Source of the DNA: an uncultured delta proteobacterium
GTDB lineage: Bacteria; Myxococcota_A; Polyangia; Polyangiales; Polyangiaceae
Reading direction: 5' to 3'
Length of the DNA: 64,000 nt
Assembly: GCA_963763505.1 (NCBI GenBank)
Contig: CAVXOZ010000009.1
Coordinates: forward strand, 463,596 to 527,595
Shown here: positions 28,368 to 36,625 of the stretch, piece by piece
Layout: each line of letters opens with the position of its first letter
How positions within the stretch are numbered: the first letter of the stretch is position 1
The notes under the pieces: generated by a model
What the model saw: only the letters and a program-made list of their open reading frames with translations
The model's database searches: none
What the model was told of the DNA's origin: nothing
Made by a program: the position numbers and the translations under genes

Positions 28368-29651
28368 ATGAGCAGCGAACGAATCGGCGTGTTGGGTCTG
28401 GGCTACGTAGGGCTTCCCGTCGCGCTTGCGTTCGCGCGCAAGTTCGAGGGGACGATCGGCTACGACGTGAATCCCGATCGCATCGAGGAGCTGCGCCGCG
28501 GTCAGGACAGAAATCAGGAAGAACCGAGCGCAAAGCTGCTCTCCAGCCGCCTGGGCCTCACCAGCGACCTGGCGGAGCTCCGGGGCTGCACCTTCTTCAT
28601 CGTCGCCGTTCCGACGCCCGTGGATGGGAACAACGTGCCCGATCTGACGCCCGTCGAGCGCGCCAGCGAAGCCGTGGGTCGGGTGCTCTCCCGCGGCGGC
28701 GTCGTGGTGTACGAATCCACCGTCTATCCCGGCGTCACGGAGGACGTCTGCGGTCCGATCCTGGAGCGCGTCAGTGGCCTCAAGCGAGGCGTGGAATTCA
28801 CGGTGGGGTACTCGCCGGAGCGGATCAATCCGGGGGACCCCGATCACAGCTTCGAGAAGATCACGAAAATCGTGAGCGCGGAGGACCCCGAGACGCTCGA
28901 GCGCGTCGCGGCGACGTATGGAGCCGTCGTGGACGCGGGGCTACACCGCGCACCGAGCATCCGGGTCGCCGAGGCGGCCAAGGTCATCGAAAACACGCAG
29001 CGCGATCTGAACATCGCGCTGATGAACGAGCTCGCGCTCGTCTTCGATCGAATGAACATCCGAACCGCGGACGTCCTCGCGGCGGCAGAAACGAAGTGGA
29101 ACTTCCTCCGATTCCGCCCCGGTCTGGTCGGAGGCCATTGCATCGGCGTCGATCCCTACTACCTGACCACCAAGGCGCAGCAGCTCGGGTACCAGCCGGA
29201 AGTCATCCTGGCCGGGCGACGGATCAACAACAACACGGGGCCGTTCATCGCCCAGCGGCTCATCAAGCTCTTCGTTCACGCGAACCTGCCGATCAAGGGC
29301 GCCCGCGTGGGGGTGCTCGGCTTGACGTTCAAAGAGAACTGCAGCGACATCCGCAACAGTCGGGTGCCGGACATCGTTCGGGAGCTCCGGCAGTTCGGGA
29401 TCGAGGCCATGGTGCACGACCCCCTGGTCAAGCCGGCAGACGCGATCCGCGAGCACGGTGTGAAGCCCGTCGCCTTCGAGGAGCTGGAAGGGCTCGACGG
29501 GCTCGTACTGGCGGTCAGTCACAAGTGGTATCTCGGACTTGGGCAGCCGCGCCTTCTGTCGATGCTTCGCGACGGCGGCACGCTCGTCGACGTGAAGAGC
29601 GCGCTGGACCCGGCGAAGCTCGAACGGGGCATCCAGTACTGGAGTCTTTGA
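28368..29651 (+). CDS. Nucleotide-sugar 6-dehydrogenase (UDP-glucose/GDP-mannose dehydrogenase family; TviB/WbpA/WecC-like UDP-N-acetylhexosamine dehydrogenase)
   Basis: N-terminal GVLGLGYVGLPVALAFA Rossmann motif and catalytic GGHCIGVDP (GGxCxxxD). The C-terminal UDP-binding domain is present. Confidence 0.85.
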   Translation: MSSERIGVLGLGYVGLPVALAFARKFEGTIGYDVNPDRIEELRRGQDRNQEEPSAKLLSSRLGLTSDLAELRGCTFFIVAVPTPVDGNNVPDLTPVERASEAVGRVLSRGGVVVYESTVYPGVTEDVCGPILERVSGLKRGVEFTVGYSPERINPGDPDHSFEKITKIVSAEDPETLERVAATYGAVVDAGLHRAPSIRVAEAAKVIENTQRDLNIALMNELALVFDRMNIRTADVLAAAETKWNFLRFRPGLVGGHCIGVDPYYLTTKAQQLGYQPEVILAGRRINNNTGPFIAQRLIKLFVHANLPIKGARVGVLGLTFKENCSDIRNSRVPDIVRELRQFGIEAMVHDPLVKPADAIREHGVKPVAFEELEGLDGLVLAVSHKWYLGLGQPRLLSMLRDGGTLVDVKSALDPAKLERGIQYWSL

Positions 29652-29751
29652 TTTGCACGCGCCGTCCGTTCGGCCGGCGCAGACGAGTCCATAGGTCCAC
29701 AGACCGCCAGCGCAGTCCGAGCCGCCGTCCGCACGACACGACGGCCCGGTC

Positions 29752-30460
29752 TTGGCTCACTTTGGCTCGCCTTCGCTCCATGGTTCCGCAGCGATGAGGC
29801 AGGCATGGTTCCTGCTGGCGTTGACGTCCATGTCTCCGTCGTCTCTCACCCTCCTCGGCACCTACGGCGTGACGCCCTTGGCGGCGCTCGCTCTGATGTT
29901 GGCCGGGTGCAGTGGCGCCAAGATGAGCGACAGCGGTCCTGACGCGACCCCTTCGGACATGTCAGCCAGCGACTCCTCGGACGTCGCCTCGCGGACGTGA
30001 GCTCGTCGGTCGCCGATTCATCGGTCGATGCGTCGGAGGCGAGTCCGCCCGTCTGCACTCAGACCATCGCGGAGGGATGCACCCCGAATCCGCCCTTCTT
30101 GTGGGCCAATGGGAGCAGCGTGGACTTCAACGATTGTCCGCCGACGTGGAACGACGCCATCGCCGTGTGCATCACGTATGCTGGCGACTTCGGCTACCAG
30201 CAGACCGAATGCGGAACCTACCGCAGATGGCACGTGGAGAACGGCGACGTCGGGTGCTCGTACTACTACGACGCCACCACCGGCGATTCTCGTTTCCGTG
30301 TTCTGCGCGGGCTTCATGGGCAACGCGGCCTGTCTCGGAGGTCCCCCGGGCTCCACCGAGCCCCCATGTGCGCCGCTCCAGCTCCAAGACTACCGACCCT
30401 GCGCCGCCGGCGACGAAATGGGAGACGGCGGCGATGAGGGCGACGCGGCGAACACGGACT
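29752..30460 (+). pseudogene. Small Cys/Asp-rich lipoprotein gene interrupted by two apparent frameshifts (near 30000 and near 30290)
   Basis: Lipobox LALMLAGCSGA in frame 1. The protein continues plausibly in frame 3 (SSVADSSVDASEA...CSYYYDATTGD) and then frame 1 again (VFCAGFMGNAACLGGPPG...). Confidence 0.35.
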
Positions 30461-30621
30461 GATCGCCCACGGCCTCGGGCTGCGGCGGCGCGGGTCGGGG
30501 CTCATCCGAGCCCGCTGATGAATCAGCTCTCGCCGCAAAGGCGACCTCCCGGCGGAGCAGGCCGAGCGATGACACGGCGGGGTGCTAGAGTCCGTGCTCG
30601 GAACCTGCGCGTTTCGCCAGG

Positions 30622-31320
30622 ATGGTGGATGAGTTGTTCCTGACTCTGATGGTCGTGGGCTTGGTGGGCCTCTTCATGATGGCATTGCCCGCCTTCAAGC
30701 ATCACGGTCATGTGCACCCCGGCCACGCTGGTCGCGCCGCTCTCATCCGCGGGTCGCCGAGATCGGCCGGACACGCGGGCGGGGACCGGACGGCCGTCAT
30801 GGCCGACGCCGGTGGCGCGGTGAGCGCCGCCAGCGCGGGCCGTGAGATCGCCCCCTCGGACACGAGGCTGGCGTGGCTCCTTCGCTTCGTCCCCTCCCCG
30901 CGCGCTCTCTGCAGCGTGCTGGCCCTTTACGGGGCCTTCGGCAACGCGCTCGTTCATGCCTTCCACATGCCCGTCGGCCCCGCCGTGCTCGTGGCCGCGC
31001 TCCTCGCGCTGCTGGTCGAGCGCCTGATCGTGCGGCCCGTCTGGAATCTGCTGTTCCACTTCCAGGGGCAGCCGAGCTCTCCGCTCGGGGTCCTCGTCCT
31101 GTCCGAAGCCCAGGCGGTGGTGCCTTTCCGTAACGGGCGCGGCATGGTCTCCGTGGTGCGCGACGGTCGCGTCGTGCAGCTCGCGGCGACCCTGCGCGAG
31201 GACCACGCAGGACTCTCCGTGCGTGTCGGCGATCGCCTACGCATCGACGACGTCGACGCGCGGCGCGAGCGCGTCGTCGTCTCGGTCATCGATCACGTCA
31301 TGTTTGCGCAGAAGCCTTGA
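30622..31320 (+). CDS. NfeD-like membrane protein (OB-fold C-terminus), partner of flotillin
   Basis: N-terminal TM helices. C-terminal GMVSVVRDGRVVQLAATLREDHAGLSVRVGDRLRIDDVD is the NfeD OB-domain signature. Confidence 0.65.
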   Translation: MVDELFLTLMVVGLVGLFMMALPAFKHHGHVHPGHAGRAALIRGSPRSAGHAGGDRTAVMADAGGAVSAASAGREIAPSDTRLAWLLRFVPSPRALCSVLALYGAFGNALVHAFHMPVGPAVLVAALLALLVERLIVRPVWNLLFHFQGQPSSPLGVLVLSEAQAVVPFRNGRGMVSVVRDGRVVQLAATLREDHAGLSVRVGDRLRIDDVDARRERVVVSVIDHVMFAQKP

Positions 31321-31333
31321 GTCAGGAGCCCCC

Positions 31334-32668
31334 ATGCCCGAGCCGTCGCTGATCGTTGCCGGTGTCGTCGTCGTCCTCGTCGTGCTCCTGACGATGGGCA
31401 TGATCGCCACGTTCTTGCGCAGCGTGGACGCGGGCGAGATTCTGCTCGCCAGCCGGGGCAGGAACCTGCGCATCTACCGCGGCCCGTGCAAGGCGCTCAT
31501 CGTGCCGGTGATCACGCAGATTCGCATCATTCCCGCGCAGGCCATCAACGTCGACATCGAGATCACCGACCAGACGGCCGACGTGGACCCTTCCGGGCGT
31601 TCGGCGCCCGTGAAGGTCACGGTGAGGGCCTCGGCCATCGTGAGCGTCGGCGAGGACGAGTCGATGGTGAGCACCGCGGCCAACAAGTTCTTCTCGAAGT
31701 CCGGCGGCGAGCAGCTCTCGACGCTCACCGACGTGCTCTCGTCGGCGGGTCGGCGGGCGATCAACCTGCTCAAGCACGATCAGCTCTTCAGTATCCGGTC
31801 GTACACGACGGCGCCGGCGCCCAGCACCGCGCTGACGGTGCCGGGCTCGAGCGACCTGGCGGTGGTGCAGGCGCGCGGCGAGGACGACGAGCTGGCGGTC
31901 ATCATCAAGGACGCATGCTCGCGCGAGCTCATGGATCTGGGCCTCTCGTTCAACAGCTTGAACATCAAGGCGGTGCTCAGCGAGGTGGCCGAGGCGCGGC
32001 GGCGCGAGTCGGCGGCTCGAGCGAAGGCCGACGCCGACGTCGTGCAGGCCCAGGAGGAGCAGCGTGCGCGCATCGCGCAGCTCGAGGCAGCGCAGAAGGT
32101 CAACGATCAGGAGCGCGCGCTCAACATGCAGATCGCCGCCAACGGCGCCGCGGTCGCGAAGGCCGAGGCCGAGAAGCAGGCCGCCGTGCGCGGACAGCGC
32201 GAGGCCACGCTGGGCGCCCAGCAGATCACTCAGGCTCGCGCCGACGCCGAGCAGAACGTCATCCAGCAGGAGGCCGAAGGCCGCGCGCAGGCGGCCCGCA
32301 TCCGGTCCGTCGCCGAAGCCGAGGCCGAGGCGATTCGCATGAAGGCCGTGGCCCTGATGGAGGCGGGCGGGGTCTATCTCGATCTGCGACGGCTCGAGCT
32401 GGCCCCCGAGCTCACCCGGCAGGTGGCCGCGGCCCTGGCCAGCAGCCAGTTCGTCAACTTCGGCACCAGCGGTGGAGCGGGCGGCGATCACGGCGCCGTG
32501 ACCACGGGCTCCGACGACATCCTGCGCGTGGTCCAGACGCTCATGGCGGCGCAGGTCATCACCGGCGGCGGCCTTCGCGCCAATGGCGAGGTGAGCGCGG
32601 TCGCCGCGCCTCCTCCGGTGCCCTCTTCCCCGCCCCTTGCGCCACCCGCGCGGCCGCGCGGGACGTGA
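31334..32668 (+). CDS. Flotillin / SPFH-domain protein (FloT/YqiK-like)
   Basis: ATG at 31334 gives MPEPSLIVAGVVVVLVVLL (TM). SPFH domain followed by an Ala/Glu-rich flotillin repeat region (AEAEKQAAVRGQREATLGAQQITQARADAEQ...EAEAIRMKAVAL). The antisense 539-aa ORF is an artefact. Confidence 0.85.
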   Translation: MPEPSLIVAGVVVVLVVLLTMGMIATFLRSVDAGEILLASRGRNLRIYRGPCKALIVPVITQIRIIPAQAINVDIEITDQTADVDPSGRSAPVKVTVRASAIVSVGEDESMVSTAANKFFSKSGGEQLSTLTDVLSSAGRRAINLLKHDQLFSIRSYTTAPAPSTALTVPGSSDLAVVQARGEDDELAVIIKDACSRELMDLGLSFNSLNIKAVLSEVAEARRRESAARAKADADVVQAQEEQRARIAQLEAAQKVNDQERALNMQIAANGAAVAKAEAEKQAAVRGQREATLGAQQITQARADAEQNVIQQEAEGRAQAARIRSVAEAEAEAIRMKAVALMEAGGVYLDLRRLELAPELTRQVAAALASSQFVNFGTSGGAGGDHGAVTTGSDDILRVVQTLMAAQVITGGGLRANGEVSAVAAPPPVPSSPPLAPPARPRGT

Positions 32669-32673
32669 GTCGC

Positions 32674-33014
32674 ATGTTCCGAATGCTCGTTCTGGGCGGC
32701 ATCGCTCTCGTCGGGGGCACAGCGTGTGGCAGCACCCCGGTCCAGGTCGAGGCGGGCGCTCAGGACGGATCTCCGAGCCGTCCGTGCAGCCGGATGCCAG
32801 CGTCTTGACGACGCGGCGCGAGGGAGGACAGGCCGCAAGCGACGGGGCCTCGGAGGCAGGGTCGGACGCGGCCGCCCATGCGCCGTCACCGCCGAATGCC
32901 CGCCTGCAAGAACCTCGAAAAATCGGTGACTGTTTGGCCAAGGGAGAGTGCCTACCACTCGGCCCATGTGCAACATCGCCGTCGGCTGTTACCGGCGTTC
33001 TGACGGCATGCTGA
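32674..33014 (+). CDS. Possible small lipoprotein (apparent frameshift near 32780)
   Basis: MFRMLVLGGIALVGGTACGS lipobox immediately after the flotillin stop. The downstream frame continues as ...GECLPLGPCATSPSAVTGVLTAC only after a +1 shift. Confidence 0.25.
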
Positions 33015-33120
33015 GGCAGGACCAGCGGCCGGCCGTAGTACGCCGACGGTCCCGCGCTGACTTGCGGCCAATGACGTCGAGGCCGAGCGAGTCAGGCAGG
33101 ACTCGCTATAGTGCCGGCCC

Positions 33121-34149
33121 GTGCTCCGGTTGCTTCCGTTCGCCGCGATCGCCGGCGTGCTCCTCCTCTCCGCCGGCCATGCGGCCGCCGCGCCCACGGG
33201 CCGCCTCGTGTATTCACGGGCACCCGGCGCCGAGTCGTGCGCTGACGAGGCCACGCTGCGTCGGTCCGTCGCGGCCCGTGTGGGCTACGACCCGTTCTTT
33301 CCCTGGGCGAAACGAACCGTCGTCGCGAACCTGGCCCGCCAGAGTCGGGACTTCGTCGCGGTGGTTAGCCTCGTCGACGAGGAAGGTGTCGCGCACGGCG
33401 GCCGCGAGCTGCGCACGAGCGGCGATTGTGCGGAGCTCCTCGACGCGACGGCCCTCGCGATCGCGATCGCGATCGATCCCGAGATCCTCACCCACCCCGC
33501 GCCGCCCTCCACTCTCGCGGGCGGGAGCGGACCGGGCGGGGTCGCGCCCGGCGTGGTGGGCGAACCCGCCGCTCCGCCTGCCGCGACGCCACCGGTCTTC
33601 ACCGCGCCGGCCCCGCCGGATGTACCCACCTCGCTGCAACCACCTCCGGCGACGCGTCCCGCGGACTTCGAGGCGACCCTCGGTGCGGTCGCATCGAGCG
33701 GCAGCGCGCCCGACCTCGCAGTCGGCCTGAGCGCGGGAGCGCAGGTCCGGTGGCGCCACGTGTCGGTCGGTGTCGAAGGGCAGGTCGATGCGCCCGCCTC
33801 GCGGTCCGTGCAGGGCGGCGACGTGTCCGCCTGGGCGGTGCTCGGCGCCGTCGTGCCTTGCGCGTATTTCGGGCCGTTCCTCGCGTGCGCGGTCGCGCAA
33901 GGGGGCGCCCTGAGAGTGTCGAGCGGCGGCGTCCCGGAGACGCACGCGACCTGGACGGGCTCCTGGCAAGCGGGCGCGCGCGCGGGCGTCCTCATTCCGG
34001 TCGGGGAGAGTCTCTTTCTGCGCGTCCACTCGGATCTGCTCGTCAACCTCGACCGCGCACGCCTTGAACTCCGAGTTGGTCAAGTGGTGTGGACCGCCCC
34101 GCTGTTCGACAGTTCGCTCGGAATCGACGCGGTCGTGCGTTTTCGATGA
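33121..34149 (+). CDS. Hypothetical secreted protein (first gene of the ECF sigma operon)
   Basis: GTG start with signal MLRLLPFAAIAGVLLLSAGHAAA. Pro-rich central linker. The stop overlaps the ECF sigma start (ATGA). Confidence 0.55.
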   Translation: MLRLLPFAAIAGVLLLSAGHAAAAPTGRLVYSRAPGAESCADEATLRRSVAARVGYDPFFPWAKRTVVANLARQSRDFVAVVSLVDEEGVAHGGRELRTSGDCAELLDATALAIAIAIDPEILTHPAPPSTLAGGSGPGGVAPGVVGEPAAPPAATPPVFTAPAPPDVPTSLQPPPATRPADFEATLGAVASSGSAPDLAVGLSAGAQVRWRHVSVGVEGQVDAPASRSVQGGDVSAWAVLGAVVPCAYFGPFLACAVAQGGALRVSSGGVPETHATWTGSWQAGARAGVLIPVGESLFLRVHSDLLVNLDRARLELRVGQVVWTAPLFDSSLGIDAVVRFR

Positions 34150-34727
34150 CGAACCGGAGCGCCCCCGGCCAAATCCCTGGAGTGGTGGTTCGCGTCGCCT
34201 CCTCCGCGGTCGCCCTCGAGGCCGGGGTCGCGATGCGCGACGTGTACAGCGCGTACGCGGCTTACGTCTGGAATACCCTCCGCCGGCTCGGTGCACCGGC
34301 GTCGGAGCTCGAGGACCTGACGCACGACGTCTTCGTGCAGGTGCAGCGCCACCTGGACGACTACGACCCGACGAGGCCGATGAAGCCCTGGCTCTTCGGC
34401 TTCGCGCTCCGCGTCGTCTCACAGCACCGGCGGCGCGGGAGGCGTCACAAGGAAGGGCCGGGCGAAACGGGCGACGCCGTCGATCCGGCCCCGCTGGCCG
34501 ATGAGCGACTGGCGCTCGAGGACGACCAGCGTCTCGTCCTCGCCGCGCTCGGGGCGATCGAGTCCGAGCGGCGCGCGGTCTTCGTTCTCTACGAGCTCGA
34601 TGGCGTGACCATCGACGAGATTGCGCGCACGATGAGCATCCCCGTCAACACGACGTACTCGCGGCTGCGCGTCGCGCGAGCAGAGTTCAGGGCCGCGGTC
34701 ACGCGGCTCCGACGAGGTGGGCGATGA
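34146..34727 (+). CDS. RNA polymerase sigma-70 factor, ECF subfamily
   Basis: Region 2 is YAAYVWNTLRRLGAPASELEDLTHDVFVQVQRHL. Region 4 is VFVLYELDGVTIDEIARTMSIPVNTTYSRLRVAR. Confidence 0.8.
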   Translation: MTNRSAPGQIPGVVVRVASSAVALEAGVAMRDVYSAYAAYVWNTLRRLGAPASELEDLTHDVFVQVQRHLDDYDPTRPMKPWLFGFALRVVSQHRRRGRRHKEGPGETGDAVDPAPLADERLALEDDQRLVLAALGAIESERRAVFVLYELDGVTIDEIARTMSIPVNTTYSRLRVARAEFRAAVTRLRRGGR

Positions 34728-35434
34728 GCGAGGACATGCTGGAGCCGATCGATGAAGATCTCGACGCGCTCCTCGAGAGAGAGCGCGCCGCGCAGCCTCC
34801 GCCGGGTGCGCTCGAGCGCATCTGGGAGCGCGCCGCGGCGGCCCCCTTTGTGCGGGAGGCGCGTCCGTCGCGCACCGGCAGCTGGATCGCGTCCCACGCG
34901 GTGCCCGTGACCGTCGCGGCGTTCGTGCTCGGCACCGCCACGGGCGCGGGAGTGAACGCGAGCCTTCGAGCGCCGCGCCCGGAGCGCATCGTGCCCGTCT
35001 CCCTGACCGCGCCGTCGGCGCCGGTGGCCACGGCGCCGCCCACGGCGGCCCTTGCCGCACCCGGAGCGGTGGCTTCCTCGGCCACTCCCAGCGTACCCGT
35101 GGCTCCCGACATGACCAGCACCGAAGCGCCGCATCCGGGAACTCCGCCTCCGGTCGCGTCGTCGTCCCTTTCCGTCGAGCAACTTCTGCTCGACCAGGCG
35201 CGCGCGGCCCTCACGGCCCACGAGCCCGAGCGCACCCTCGCCCTTCTCTCCGAGCACGCGCGTCGCTTCTCCCGGCCGCAGCTCGGCGAGGAGCGCGAGG
35301 CGCTTGCGATCCAGGCGCTCGCCGTCGAGGGCCGCTTCGACGAAGCGCGCGCACGCGGCGCCCGCTTCCGCGCGTCGGCGCCGAACAGCCTCTTCCTCCC
35401 CGCAGTCGACGCGACCCTCGCGTCGATTCCATGA
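34724..35434 (+). CDS. Anti-sigma factor (single-pass membrane protein)
   Basis: Start overlaps the sigma stop (ATGA). Short cytoplasmic N-domain, TM helix HAVPVTVAAFVLGTATGAG and a Pro/Ala-rich periplasmic tail. Confidence 0.6.
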   Translation: MSEDMLEPIDEDLDALLERERAAQPPPGALERIWERAAAAPFVREARPSRTGSWIASHAVPVTVAAFVLGTATGAGVNASLRAPRPERIVPVSLTAPSAPVATAPPTAALAAPGAVASSATPSVPVAPDMTSTEAPHPGTPPPVASSSLSVEQLLLDQARAALTAHEPERTLALLSEHARRFSRPQLGEEREALAIQALAVEGRFDEARARGARFRASAPNSLFLPAVDATLASIP

Positions 35435-35475
35435 TGAAACGCGGCGGAGCGGCCAAACAAAGAGTGGAGGCCGTC

Positions 35476-36576
35476 ATGCGAACCGTCCTGGGGGTCTTTC
35501 TCGCCGTCACGTCCACCGCGTGCGTCGCCCCCGCAATCGACCTCGGGGACGGGGACGCGTCCCCTCCAGAAGGCGTCGAAGCGGGAACGCAGGTCAGTGC
35601 GCTGACGACCCTCGCGACCTGCACGAGCGCGGCCGAGAGGTCCGCCACTCTAGGGAATGGTTTCAGCGACGAGATGCCCGCCGCCTGCGACGCGGCGCAG
35701 GGTCCGACGCAAGCCGTCACTTCGGCCGCGGACGTGGCGTCCCGGATCGTCGGCCTCTGGTCCGACTGCGCGCACCAGTCGTTCGGTATCAATGTGGGAA
35801 TTTCGGACGAATTGGCGGTCCAGCTCACCAGCGACGGGCACTACGTCCTCTACGGCGGCGATTTTGACATCGGGACGCTCGTGCCGCTGTTCGCACCCGG
35901 CAATCCGGAGCCCGACGATGGAGGGCCCCCCGTGACGGCTTCGGCGACGGGCACCTTCACCGTCGTCGACGGCTCGGCGACCTACGGAGCCGGGACGTAC
36001 GAGCTGCAGCTCCATCCGGCGAACGGCGGCCTGTTCAAGGGCCAGGTGCTGATCACGACCGCGCCCGTGCAGCTGCTCTTCTTCCCGACGAACGGGGCCG
36101 AGCAGGTCTACACGCCACCGCTGCCGTTGAGCCCTCGGGCGGGCGTGTGCTCGTGCGTGAATACGACAGCGACCCCCGAGTTCGAGGACGACGCCGTCGG
36201 CCTCGCGAATGCCATCGTCGGGCGATGGATGTGGTGCGCAAGCGACGCGCCCCCGTTCGGCAATATCGGGATCGAGTTCGCCGCGGGCAACACATGGTAC
36301 GAGCTCAACGAAGACCAAAGCGGCCAGGTCACACGCGGGACGGGAATCCTGGAGCACGGGACGTTCTCGATCAAGCCCACCAAATCGACGGGGTTCCAGG
36401 AAGGCCCGGAACCGCTCACCGTCAACCTGGAGCAGGGCTCGCAGCAATCGATCGACACCCAGCTCCTCTACTTCGCGAACCCCCGCATCCTGCTCGTCGC
36501 CACAGGAACCACCGGAAGCGCTGGTCAGTCGTCCGTGCTTACGAACGAGTACACGACCTGCTTCCCGATGCCATGA
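35476..36576 (+). CDS. Hypothetical lipoprotein co-transcribed with the ECF sigma/anti-sigma pair
   Basis: MRTVLGVFLAVTSTACVAP lipobox. Two tandem homologous halves, each with the motif IVG.W..C. Confidence 0.55.
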   Translation: MRTVLGVFLAVTSTACVAPAIDLGDGDASPPEGVEAGTQVSALTTLATCTSAAERSATLGNGFSDEMPAACDAAQGPTQAVTSAADVASRIVGLWSDCAHQSFGINVGISDELAVQLTSDGHYVLYGGDFDIGTLVPLFAPGNPEPDDGGPPVTASATGTFTVVDGSATYGAGTYELQLHPANGGLFKGQVLITTAPVQLLFFPTNGAEQVYTPPLPLSPRAGVCSCVNTTATPEFEDDAVGLANAIVGRWMWCASDAPPFGNIGIEFAAGNTWYELNEDQSGQVTRGTGILEHGTFSIKPTKSTGFQEGPEPLTVNLEQGSQQSIDTQLLYFANPRILLVATGTTGSAGQSSVLTNEYTTCFPMP

Positions 36577-36625
36577 GGCGCCCGTCGCCGGCTTCGTCTC
36601 GGACGGGAACGTCGTGGGCCTGACG

